Assembly (NCBI GenBank): GCA_018815925.1
Contig: JAHIWS010000020.1
Location: 23,993-87,992 of the forward strand
Source: Nanobdellota archaeon
Lineage (GTDB): Archaea; Nanobdellota; Nanobdellia; Pacearchaeales; GW2011-AR1
Length of the DNA stretch: 64,000 bases
Direction: 5' to 3'
The notes below the pieces were generated by a model that was not told the DNA's origin, made no database searches, and worked only from the letters and a program-made list of their open reading frames with translations. The position numbers were made by a program, and so were the translations under genes. Below, in pieces: positions 1 through 8,684 of this stretch. Numbering within the stretch: position 1 is the first letter of the stretch; the number at the start of each line of letters is the position of its first letter.

Positions 1-488
1 TACAGTTCATTGTCATCAATAGAAATGAAAATTACTCCATTTTTTTTAAGTAAACTCTTAGATAATTCTAATCTCTTTTCCATAAATGAGAGCCAATATC
101 CATGTCTAAAAGGATGATCTTTTGGAACTTCAGTTCCATCAGGAAACTTGGAAATTATTCTCTTATCTTTATATCTAAATCCATCAGAACCCGTATTATA
201 AGGAGGATCAATGTAAATTACATCGATTTTTTCCTTATGAGTATAATTTAAACAAGTTAAGGCATGATAATTATCCCCTTGAATCAAAATATGTTGGGGT
301 TTTCCATCATCAGTCTTTATGGCCAAATTGGGAACTTCTTTAAGAACAGGCAATTTATTTTCAACATCATCTTCAAATGCTTCGGGAACATCCATCCAAA
401 CCAGACCATACCTTTGTTTTTTTACAGATTTTTTAAGCCGTTCAATTTCTTTTTGTAATTTAAATATCTCTTGATCTTTTATCGTCAT
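1..488 (-). CDS. Type III restriction-modification Mod-like N6-adenine DNA methyltransferase (N-terminal part; runs off the window)
   Basis: Manual translation from ATG at 488: MTIKDQEIF...RYGLVW...HILIQGDNYHAL...IDVIYIDPPYNTG...WLSFMEKRL...GVIFISIDDNE; DPPY catalytic motif. Confidence 0.9.
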   Translation of the reverse strand, partial: MTIKDQEIFKLQKEIERLKKSVKKQRYGLVWMDVPEAFEDDVENKLPVLKEVPNLAIKTDDGKPQHILIQGDNYHALTCLNYTHKEKIDVIYIDPPYNTGSDGFRYKDKRIISKFPDGTEVPKDHPFRHGYWLSFMEKRLELSKSLLKKNGVIFISIDDNEL

Positions 489-596
489 TTTTGTTTATAT
501 CTCCCTAAGGTGTTTCATACTTTGTTTTAATTCCAGGCCTTAAATTTTATTTTTTTCTGCATGCTTAATTAAGAATAAACGATTTTTTAAAAGCAT

Positions 597-869
597 CTAT
601 TCTCCAGAGACTTTGAATACCTCTCTTAAAATGTTCCTCCCTTTTTTAGTAATTTTATAAAATTTAAATGAACGGTCTTCGGGATTAATACACTTTATTA
701 AATCTTTCTGAGAAAGTTCTTTTATCGTCGTAGAATTATGAGATTTATATTGTTTAAGTGCCCTCATAATCTCTGGTTGGCTTAATTGAGTGTGATTAGA
801 AAGTAGATTAAGCGTTTCTTTCCTCCTTTTTGCTCTCGCAACAAAACCAATTAGTTTTAAATCTACCAT
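597..869 (-). CDS. Winged-helix transcriptional regulator (MarR/ArsR-like)
   Basis: 90 aa; RRKETLNLL...SQPEI...STTIKELSQKDLI...FYKITKKG wHTH pattern. Confidence 0.75.
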   Translation of the reverse strand: MVDLKLIGFVARAKRRKETLNLLSNHTQLSQPEIMRALKQYKSHNSTTIKELSQKDLIKCINPEDRSFKFYKITKKGRNILREVFKVSGE

Positions 870-953
870 ATATAAAATGAGTTACAGATATTTTTATTTA
901 GAGGTTACAAATTGGGTTACGGAAATAACAACGTTTAAAAAAGCCCAAATCCT

Positions 954-1919
954 ATGAAAAGCATGCCAGAAAAACAAAAATCTTGGATCAGGAGACACTG
1001 GATTATTTCAGGAGTTATAGGGTTCTTTGCATTATTTTTAATCATCGGGGTTTTTCAAGGAGTAAATAATGGAATTACAGGAAATGTAGTTAATGAAGGG
1101 CAATCTGATTTACCTACTTCATATTCTGAAGCCAAGCAAAAAGCAACAGATGTTTCTTATGAAGAGCTCATGCGGCATGCTGAAACTTATCAAGGCCAAT
1201 GGGTCTGTTTTAAAGGAGAAGTTATTCAAGTAATCACAGATCTCCCTAAACTTGAATTGAGAGTGTCTACAAGGGCAGATGAATGGGTTGGTTACATAGA
1301 AGACATTGTTTATGTTTATGCAACTGATTATTCTGGTGAAAGATTATTGGAAGGAGATATGATTCAGTTTTGCGGAAAATCAGGAGGTGCGGTTACTTAT
1401 GAAGCAATTCTTGGTAATAAAATTACAATTCCCGGAATTGAAACTGATGAGGCTTATGTGGAATTAATTGATAAGAGTGAAATAAGTCAAGAGCAAAAAC
1501 CTGTTGCAACACTTGGCCAGATTTGGGTCTCTGCTGAAAACTTTGATGCTGATTCAGATATTGATGGTATTGAATTTAGTCTGCAGCCAAAAGATAGCAA
1601 AGGTGGACTTGTAAATGTAGAGGGCACTGCAAATATAAAACTCTGGAAGATGGAGTGCACAGAAAGAGGTGAATATGGAGAATATTGCCTTCAAGAAGAT
1701 TGCACTCGAAAAGACAGTTTGCTTATTGAAACTTGGTCTCTTCCTATTAACTCAGAAGATTATGATTTCATGGGTGCTAACATTCAAGCAGAATATAAAA
1801 GTTACAAACCTCAGGGAGATAAGTATGAACAAAAAGGCTGCATAGAAGTAACTTTTGTTGATCCAAAGGGAAATAGTTTCACAACATCTGAGAGGGATAT
1901 TTATTTAGCGGGATTTTAA
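954..1919 (+). CDS. Membrane-anchored exported protein with OB-fold-like domain (accessory gene)
   Basis: N-terminal TM helix; YEELMRHAETYQGQWVCFKGEVIQV...RLLEGDMIQFCG OB-like segment; Cys-containing C-terminal domain. Confidence 0.6.
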   Translation: MKSMPEKQKSWIRRHWIISGVIGFFALFLIIGVFQGVNNGITGNVVNEGQSDLPTSYSEAKQKATDVSYEELMRHAETYQGQWVCFKGEVIQVITDLPKLELRVSTRADEWVGYIEDIVYVYATDYSGERLLEGDMIQFCGKSGGAVTYEAILGNKITIPGIETDEAYVELIDKSEISQEQKPVATLGQIWVSAENFDADSDIDGIEFSLQPKDSKGGLVNVEGTANIKLWKMECTERGEYGEYCLQEDCTRKDSLLIETWSLPINSEDYDFMGANIQAEYKSYKPQGDKYEQKGCIEVTFVDPKGNSFTTSERDIYLAGF

Positions 1920-1923
1920 AGAT

Positions 1924-2526
1924 TCACCTCTTGCGTCTTATATCAAGAAATGCAAAAGCGAATCCTCCCGTCCAAGTAAAATTAATCAAAGCCTTAACAA
2001 ACTCCTGGTTTTCTTCTGGAAGCACTACCTTATCTTTGCCCTCTTCTACAATCCACTCGATTTTATCGAGCTGACTTTCTAATTCAGGAATATTTGGGAT
2101 TTTGATTAAACCTTCTTTGAAAAGTTTGTTTAAATAAAAATAAATTCTGCTTTGATCGTCTGCAAAATCATTTGATTTGAATTTTTCAATTTCGAATCTG
2201 CATTTATGAACAGTTACAAAATCTCTAATTTCTTCTATTATTTCATTACTTGCTCCACCAGGATTAATTCTGAATATTCCTTTTTCCACTCCAAAAAATT
2301 CTTTAATCACTTCTTTAATTTTCTCTTTTATATCTTGTCCGATAAAATAATCTATAATTTGATAGTTCTCTTTTTCTATTTCTACTACTTGACTAAATGA
2401 CCTCCCCCTTAAATTTGGGGATTGAACAAATTTACTTCTCTTAGTTTCAGGAATATGATAACCCCACACCATAGCAGACCTTTCTGTTGATGTCTGACCA
2501 ATGCTACATGCAATTATTTTTTTCAT
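1924..2526 (-). CDS. Stand-alone, degenerate terminase RNase H-like nuclease-domain protein
   Basis: Motif-by-motif similarity by eye to the C-terminal half of the adjacent TerL, with the catalytic Asp positions substituted; ATGA overlap with TerL. Confidence 0.55.
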   Translation of the reverse strand: MKKIIACSIGQTSTERSAMVWGYHIPETKRSKFVQSPNLRGRSFSQVVEIEKENYQIIDYFIGQDIKEKIKEVIKEFFGVEKGIFRINPGGASNEIIEEIRDFVTVHKCRFEIEKFKSNDFADDQSRIYFYLNKLFKEGLIKIPNIPELESQLDKIEWIVEEGKDKVVLPEENQEFVKALINFTWTGGFAFAFLDIRRKR

Positions 2527-3926
2527 TGAATAGCTCTCCGTATTTCATTTAAATCAAATAGTTTATTTGCTCTTTGAAAGACAAAAAACATCCTCATCAT
2601 GATTGAATCTCCATAGTCTGTTGATCTTCCAAGATTCTCTTTAATTTCCTCTTTTGTTAAAATGCTCAATGGCTGATCTTTTCCAGGATTCGCTTGTTTG
2701 ATTTGTTCAAGATCCTCAATAATTTTTTCTTTTATTCTCGCATCAATATCCCTATAAATTCCAATTCTTCCAGAGTTAACATAATTCGCAAGTTCAAACC
2801 AACATTGAGCTTTTAAATTTCTAAAATTCTGTAAAGAGGTTTCTTTTTCTTCTTTAGACTTAAAGGGACTTGCGTTATTCACAAATCCTTTGACACCTGT
2901 TAAATCTTTTACTAATCCAAAACCCACACCATCTTCGTCAACTAAGCAGTGACTTCTTTGAATTTTATTTTCTGTTAATATCTTATCTAATTCTTCATTT
3001 GAGATGTTGTCCATTATTTTAATACCTGTGATAAAAAAACCATCCCAAAAAGTTAAAACGGTTTTGTCTCTTCCCCTGCCAGCAACATCAACTGTGCAAT
3101 ATTTCTGACCCTTTTCTGCTTCATTCGTGAACAAGTCCATAATTGCATCATAATTAAAAAGTCTTGTAGGGTCATCGTCATATTCCCAATTTCCATAAAG
3201 CAATCTTTCTTTGCTCACTCTGTCTAATTTTTTAAGATTCTCCAAATGATGGGGGCTGATATAATGATTATCTTTTACAAATGCAGGCAAAAACTTTCTA
3301 TACTTTGGAAGCCTATTTTCTTTCCAAGGTTTGTAAAAATCATAATACAAAAAATTCTTACTTGGATTAGAACAAATCAATAATTTTGGAATTAATTTAA
3401 ATTCTTCAAGTTTGAATCTCAACCTACTCATTAAAATATTCTTTGCCTTGATTGTAACTTCACTTGCTTCATCTATCACAGCTCCGCAAAATTCAGTCGA
3501 GCCCAACGAATCAAATTCAGGATCGCTTGGATATAAGAATAAATCTTTCAAATAGATCTCACTTCCATTTGAAAAGGTAATCACGCCAGCCATTGAATTG
3601 TAATTATAATCTTGATTGGGTTTCAAATTCCAGTCCCTACAAATCTGGAAGAAGGTCAATAATGTTGAGTCTTTAAGTCGTTTTAATACTGCTCGGCCCA
3701 TAAGCCATCTACTCCCTGGATATCTCAAACAAGAGAATGTTAACCATGCACATGCAAGGTGGCTCTTACCTCCACCACTTGCACCTCCGAATAAGAGTTC
3801 TGTAGTCTCTTTGTCTTGAAGTATCTCCCATGCCTGTTCTTGCCTCTTCGTCGGAGAAAACCTGATCTCATGTGTCTGACCCCTTTGAAAACTTGCAGGG
3901 GTTGTTTCTGGCGTGCTTTTTCCCAT
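2523..3926 (-). CDS. terL: Phage terminase large subunit
   Basis: Walker A GGASGGGKS, Walker B AVIDEASE, coupling motif CSNP, LLYGNW linker, nuclease motifs VDVAGRGRD, VDEDGVG, TDYGDS. Confidence 0.93.
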   Translation of the reverse strand: MGKSTPETTPASFQRGQTHEIRFSPTKRQEQAWEILQDKETTELLFGGASGGGKSHLACAWLTFSCLRYPGSRWLMGRAVLKRLKDSTLLTFFQICRDWNLKPNQDYNYNSMAGVITFSNGSEIYLKDLFLYPSDPEFDSLGSTEFCGAVIDEASEVTIKAKNILMSRLRFKLEEFKLIPKLLICSNPSKNFLYYDFYKPWKENRLPKYRKFLPAFVKDNHYISPHHLENLKKLDRVSKERLLYGNWEYDDDPTRLFNYDAIMDLFTNEAEKGQKYCTVDVAGRGRDKTVLTFWDGFFITGIKIMDNISNEELDKILTENKIQRSHCLVDEDGVGFGLVKDLTGVKGFVNNASPFKSKEEKETSLQNFRNLKAQCWFELANYVNSGRIGIYRDIDARIKEKIIEDLEQIKQANPGKDQPLSILTKEEIKENLGRSTDYGDSIMMRMFFVFQRANKLFDLNEIRRAIQ

Positions 3927-3933
3927 TTCCCCA

Positions 3934-4371
3934 TCAATCCTCCTTCTTCTCTGTTATTATCTTGAAAACGTAATTTTTCACGTTCAAATTATGTTCATCT
4001 GCGATCTTTGATTTTAGCCCAAATTTCTCTAAGAAATCGGTGAAATTAGAAATTGTTTGATTAAGCAAAGAGATCCCCTTTGCTTGGATATTCTGATCTT
4101 GTGATAAAATCAATCTATGGGCGGCCCTCATGCTCACTTCAAAAGAGAGTATAAATTTTTTGGATAACTTCTCAATTTCAGGGAAGGCTATCTGTCTTAT
4201 CACAATTTCAATGTCTTTGTAAATTTGTCTTTCAGTAACCTTAAATTTTTCAGAAAGGCTTTTAACAACTTGCACAGGTATTCCAAAACCTCCGGCTGCA
4301 TTAAGATAATTCAAAATATCATTTCTCCTTTCTATGTAGTTTCCTTTTTTCTCTGCCATTTTTTGAATCAA
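3934..4371 (-). CDS. Putative terminase small subunit
   Basis: N-terminal HTH (LSEKFKVTERQIYKDI), helical middle region, C-terminal beta tail; directly upstream of terL. Confidence 0.6.
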   Translation of the reverse strand: MIQKMAEKKGNYIERRNDILNYLNAAGGFGIPVQVVKSLSEKFKVTERQIYKDIEIVIRQIAFPEIEKLSKKFILSFEVSMRAAHRLILSQDQNIQAKGISLLNQTISNFTDFLEKFGLKSKIADEHNLNVKNYVFKIITEKKED

Positions 4372-4419
4372 ATCGAAACAGGTTCTCTCTTAAAGGTCAT
4401 TTCATATCCAAAACCAATA

Positions 4420-4519
4420 GTTCAAAGTTCATATCTATAGAAATATGAACTTTTGAACAATCTCTTGGTTTTTTGCTAAAAGTTCAAATAATCCAATTGA
4501 ACTTTCTGAACTATTGAAC
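4420..4519. repeat. Iteron-like GTTCA/TGAAC array with inverted repeats (putative element origin or pac site)
   Basis: Eight GTTCA/TGAAC pentamers at 4420, 4427, 4446, 4454, 4482, 4498, 4507 and 4515, directly downstream of the primase-helicase gene. Confidence 0.6.
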
Positions 4520-4521
4520 AA

Positions 4522-6291
4522 TCATAAAACCTTATATTGTCCATGAGATACTTTCTCGATTATTCCTGACACCTCCATTGTTTTGAGTGCATTATTGAAA
4601 TTAGTTTTACCAATTCCTTTGTTAGCAGCTTTTTCTAATCCTTCATTTGTTTGAAATTCTTTTATTCCTTTTTCCTTAAACCATTTCTTTAAAACTTCAA
4701 TACATTTGTCCTCTTTGTTCTTTTTGACGAATTCGCCAGAGTAAACCATTTTAATCTCATCTTCAAGAAATGTAACCAAAAGTTTCATCGGTGGCAACTC
4801 TGATTCATTTCTATTCTTTAATTGTTTCAAAACCAAATTTCCTCCCTTCCTTTCTGCTTTAAGAATTGCATCTGCATAATTTGCCAAGTCGCTTGATCCC
4901 CTTAACTCATCCATCTCATCTCCAGCAGATCCACCCTTACGATTATGATGTAACAAAAGAATTGAGCAATTGTACTTTTCGACTAAAGGCCTTAAAGTAT
5001 CGACAAACAATTCAGATACACTTCCTGCATCATTCTCATCAAAAGAGATGGCCCTTCTATAAGTATCAATCACTAATAACTTAGGTTTATGTTCTTCCAA
5101 TATTTTCTCAATTGCTTCAATGTCTCTTTTTTTATCAATCTTAATTGAAGAAAAACAAATAAATCCAATATCATATTCTCCCGTCAACCCTAATCCCTTT
5201 TTAACCATCGAAGTTCTTTTTTTCATTATCGCATATCCATTCTCTTTATCGAGATAAATTACTTTTCCTTTTTTGGATTTGAACTTATTTAAAAAATCAT
5301 TACCTGACGCAACAGCATAACATATCAAGATAGCCAAAAAAGTTTTCAAGACTCCTGCCTTTCCGACTAACAAACACACAGATCTATTTGCGATAATCTT
5401 TTCAATTATCCACTCTAATCCTTCGGTTTCGTAATCTTTTAAATTGCCTTCCCAGATAATATTCAGATCAACTTTCTGTTCTTTAATTTCTCGTGGTTTT
5501 AATCCATATTTTTCTTCTGCAATTTTTAAAACATTAACAAAATCTACTTTTCTTAAAGAACCACTTTTTGCATCAGAACAATCCATAAGACCTTCCTTTA
5601 CTGCGATTGCAGCTGCAGGACCCCCACCAGAATTGCATCTAAAACAGTGCCACGTATTCTTAAAAGGATTTATCCAAAAGTTAGATTTTGTCTCAGAACC
5701 ATGAATAGGATGGGAACCATAATATTCACTTCCCTGTTTTTTCAATCCAGCAGTTCCCCAAATATCTACAACAGATAAGTTATCTATATCCGAATCTTGA
5801 ATTATTTTTGATACAGGAATTTCTTTCTTATCTTGGAAAGGTTTAACAAATTCAATAAGCTGATCATAATTAAGATTTGTTATTGGGATGTCATTCATGG
5901 CTTCATAAATTTTTCCAGAAGGATGAACTGATCCTGGCCCTATAACCTGAGTTCCCTGGCTCTGAACCTCTCCAATATGTTCTCCCTCTAATTTTAAAAT
6001 AATTTTTTTCTTTAACCCTTCAACAAAAAAATAATTATGCATTCCATTTCCTGTTTTAACCTTAAATGTCTGAGGTAACTTTCCATCTATCAACATCTGC
6101 AATTTTGTGCTATCAGCATCTATCACTGCAAGATTATCATATCCACATAAAACCCCATAATTCTCATCAGGAAGAAAATTCTTAATTTCACTGTAAGAAT
6201 ATGGTTTGTTAACCCAATCTGATTCAAAAGGCTTTTTCGTTCCCTTTTTTATCCTACAGAATTTTAAGTTTTGTAATGTTTCTGGTATCAT
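4522..6291 (-). CDS. Bifunctional primase-polymerase fused to Zn-finger and RecA/AAA_25-like helicase
   Basis: Prim-pol motifs NYGVLCG..VIDAD, KTGNGMHNYF, VIGPGSVHPSG; H-P-I-H...WHCFRC zinc finger; Walker A GKAGVLKT; LVIDT; LLHHNRK...LRGSS. Confidence 0.88.
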   Translation of the reverse strand: MIPETLQNLKFCRIKKGTKKPFESDWVNKPYSYSEIKNFLPDENYGVLCGYDNLAVIDADSTKLQMLIDGKLPQTFKVKTGNGMHNYFFVEGLKKKIILKLEGEHIGEVQSQGTQVIGPGSVHPSGKIYEAMNDIPITNLNYDQLIEFVKPFQDKKEIPVSKIIQDSDIDNLSVVDIWGTAGLKKQGSEYYGSHPIHGSETKSNFWINPFKNTWHCFRCNSGGGPAAAIAVKEGLMDCSDAKSGSLRKVDFVNVLKIAEEKYGLKPREIKEQKVDLNIIWEGNLKDYETEGLEWIIEKIIANRSVCLLVGKAGVLKTFLAILICYAVASGNDFLNKFKSKKGKVIYLDKENGYAIMKKRTSMVKKGLGLTGEYDIGFICFSSIKIDKKRDIEAIEKILEEHKPKLLVIDTYRRAISFDENDAGSVSELFVDTLRPLVEKYNCSILLLHHNRKGGSAGDEMDELRGSSDLANYADAILKAERKGGNLVLKQLKNRNESELPPMKLLVTFLEDEIKMVYSGEFVKKNKEDKCIEVLKKWFKEKGIKEFQTNEGLEKAANKGIGKTNFNNALKTMEVSGIIEKVSHGQYKVL

Positions 6292-6608
6292 AGTATTTGC
6301 TGTCCATATTTAATTTTGTTAATTGGTTCCTGCTTACTAAGCCAGCAGAAAAAGCATTCCTTCATGTAATAATTTTCTCGAATGAAAATCCTTCCACATT
6401 TACATTTGTATATTTTCTCTTCGTCAACTTCCATTCCAGTATTACACTCAAATCCGAGATTAACAGCACATTCGAAGCAGAGCCAGAGAATATCCCATCT
6501 ACCACTGCTGTTCTGGTCAACATAATACATTTCTTTTATTCTCCCACATAGTTTACATCTCCTTCCTTTTTTCATTTTAAAAATAAAAAGGGGATTTTTC
6601 ATCCCCAA
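6288..6608 (-). CDS. Zinc-finger protein
   Basis: CKLC, CFEC, CKC, CFFC motifs. Confidence 0.6.
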   Translation of the reverse strand: MGMKNPLFIFKMKKGRRCKLCGRIKEMYYVDQNSSGRWDILWLCFECAVNLGFECNTGMEVDEEKIYKCKCGRIFIRENYYMKECFFCWLSKQEPINKIKYGQQIL

Positions 6609-6612
6609 AAAA

Positions 6613-6933
6613 TTAAAGTGGCTTTAAGACAATCATTTCCTTTCCAAATTTCGGACTTTTGTCTTTAGTGATTTTCACTTTCTGACCAATCCAATTGACG
6701 TCATCTTCGCCGTACTTTCCAATCAAATTTGAAATTGAAAAGTTGTTCAAGAAAACATCAAACTTCAATTGTCCGCTGTCTACTGTTGCCACTAATCTGT
6801 CGCCATGCTTGGTTTCCAGGTCCTTAATTTTCTGGATGGAAACATCCATTTCCTTAACATATTCCAGATCTTCATCGGACGTCGGTTTGACCTTGATGGT
6901 CGGCAGAATTTCTTTAGCTTTTCTAAGCACCAT
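6613..6933 (-). CDS. Small beta-rich protein, possible OB-fold ssDNA-binding protein
   Basis: Strong SD (GGAGG); LIGKYGEDDVNWIGQKVKI pattern seen in viral SSB-like proteins; lies in the replication module. Confidence 0.45.
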   Translation of the reverse strand: MVLRKAKEILPTIKVKPTSDEDLEYVKEMDVSIQKIKDLETKHGDRLVATVDSGQLKFDVFLNNFSISNLIGKYGEDDVNWIGQKVKITKDKSPKFGKEMIVLKPL

Positions 6934-6973
6934 TGTTTAACCTCCTGCAATTTAATTATCTCTTCGAAGAGCA

Positions 6974-7159
6974 TCATTTTTCCGCCTCCTCTAAAGTCGA
7001 AATTTCAGAAATAGAAAGGAGGACAATTTTCCCAGTTTTATCTCTAATTTTTATAAAAGAATTGTCTGCAGCTAACAAATGCCCACGGTAATAAAAGCTA
7101 CTCCTTAAAATTATTTTGACATATTTCCCAATCAAATTATTACAATCAATCGAATCCAT
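6974..7159 (-). CDS. Sm-like (LSm/Hfq-fold) protein
   Basis: LIGKYVKIIL..YYRGHLLAADNSFIKIRD (Sm1-like) and IVLLSISEISTL (Sm2-like). Confidence 0.6.
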   Translation of the reverse strand: MDSIDCNNLIGKYVKIILRSSFYYRGHLLAADNSFIKIRDKTGKIVLLSISEISTLEEAEK

Positions 7160-7161
7160 TT

Positions 7162-7344
7162 TTACCTCTTTTTTTTAATCTCCTCGAGAATTTGATTTAA
7201 TTTTACTTCGACACTTTTTGATTGAAACATTCTTGATCGACAAAAAGAGGTTACAGTAGGGAACCCTTCCATCTTCGCAAGTTTCTCCAATCTCTCTTTC
7301 TCTTCCTTCGTCGCCTTTATCATAACGAAATGATTTTTAGCCAT
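7162..7344 (-). CDS. Ribbon-helix-helix DNA-binding protein
   Basis: HFVMIKATKEEKERLEKLAKMEGFPTVTSFCR beta-helix-helix pattern. Confidence 0.7.
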   Translation of the reverse strand: MAKNHFVMIKATKEEKERLEKLAKMEGFPTVTSFCRSRMFQSKSVEVKLNQILEEIKKKR

Positions 7345-7546
7345 TTTTCACCTCTTCAAATTTAATAAGTGTATTTTTTCCAGTGCTAAGAATTATAATT
7401 TGCCCATTCATTTTCAAAATTTCAAGAATTTCTTTAACAGTTCTGTATCTCAACATAGCCTCTGAACAGATTTGGGAAGGAGAAACAGCTACATCTTTCT
7501 CCCTTAGATAATTTAACACCTTTTGAATAGATTTTGTATTTGCCAT
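7337..7546 (-). CDS. Small winged-helix protein (Cro-like position)
   Basis: KVLNYLRE...SPSQIC...YRTVKEILEILK..GQI; first gene of the leftward operon. Confidence 0.7.
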   Translation of the reverse strand: MANTKSIQKVLNYLREKDVAVSPSQICSEAMLRYRTVKEILEILKMNGQIIILSTGKNTLIKFEEVKNG

Positions 7547-7552
7547 CTTGTT

Positions 7553-7648
7553 TGATATTTAATATCAATCAATAGTTCTTTTTTTATAAATCTTTTGGTT
7601 GGATATTAAGTATCATACTAATACTACACAATGACAACATTTATAAAA
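7553..7648. promoter_or_regulatory. Divergent promoters with two operator-like palindromes
   Basis: TGATATTTAATATCA (7553-7567) and GGATATTAAGTATCA (7601-7615) flank TTTATAAA near 7583-7590; a second TTTATAAA lies near 7641-7648. Confidence 0.55.
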
Positions 7649-7670
7649 TCAGTTTGACATAAAATACAAT

Positions 7671-8588
7671 ATGGATATAAAAAAGAGCAGCAGCGGAAGA
7701 GACAAGATAAAAGTTATTGAAAGTGTCCCATATAGCCAATTAATATTTTTGATCTCCTCTGGAAAAACCTATGCATTAGAGATAGCTAAAGCCAGAGGGA
7801 AAAAAGATAGCTCCCCAACAGCAAAACAATTGGACCAGTTAAAAAAAAGGGGGTTTCTAACTTCAAAAAAAGGGGGGTTACTTAATAAGAATATTTATTC
7901 AATTAATTGGAAAAAAATTAATAAAGAATTTGTCAATTATGTTTTTAACATTTTCGAGAAAGATGTTAAAGATTATAAAAAAATAAGTAAAAAAGAGCAG
8001 GATGAACCAAAGGAAAATCACTACAACGAACTTCTAAAAAAAATAAAAACCAAAAACTTTGATAAGGATATCAAAAACCACGAGTACCTCATCACGTTAT
8101 TAAAACTTACCTTCCCTCTTGTTGAGAATAGAGAAAAAACCATTAGAGAGATATTTGAAGATTTAAGAATAAATTTTCCTCAACCACCAGGCACTTTTGT
8201 TGATCACCCTTCAAAATTTCATGATGAAAAAAAGAGAAGAGAATCAGGAGAATACTACACAGATCTTATTGAAGGGAGAAAAAGAGATGAAAAATACGCC
8301 CAACTAGAAGAGTTCATTAAAATAACAAGAGGTGTTTCAGATACAGTTGGAATGCGTGGTATTGAACGTCTATGGAAATATCTGCAAATCAAATATACTG
8401 CTTCACACCCAAATAATGAAATAAGAAAAGAATTATTGCAAACAGTTCCAAAAGAGGTGATGGAAATTATAAAAGAAAATTGTTTCAAAGGAACAAAACC
8501 CACCGAAAATAAAGAAGAAGATTCTGAAAATGCAAATCAAAATGTTGTCTTATCGACGGAAAAAGGAGAAATTGAAAATGAAAAGTAA
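7671..8588 (+). CDS. HTH-domain protein, putative element repressor
   Basis: N-terminal wHTH (YALEIAKARGKKDSSPTAKQLDQLKKRGFL); divergent from the replication/packaging operon. Confidence 0.6.
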   Translation: MDIKKSSSGRDKIKVIESVPYSQLIFLISSGKTYALEIAKARGKKDSSPTAKQLDQLKKRGFLTSKKGGLLNKNIYSINWKKINKEFVNYVFNIFEKDVKDYKKISKKEQDEPKENHYNELLKKIKTKNFDKDIKNHEYLITLLKLTFPLVENREKTIREIFEDLRINFPQPPGTFVDHPSKFHDEKKRRESGEYYTDLIEGRKRDEKYAQLEEFIKITRGVSDTVGMRGIERLWKYLQIKYTASHPNNEIRKELLQTVPKEVMEIIKENCFKGTKPTENKEEDSENANQNVVLSTEKGEIENEK

Positions 8589-8684
8589 ATGTTCCTTTTA
8601 TACCACACCTATCCTAAAACAGATACCGGCCCAATATGTTCTTACAGCCCCTGATACCCTCGAATTTAAAGGTTTTAGCTCTAT

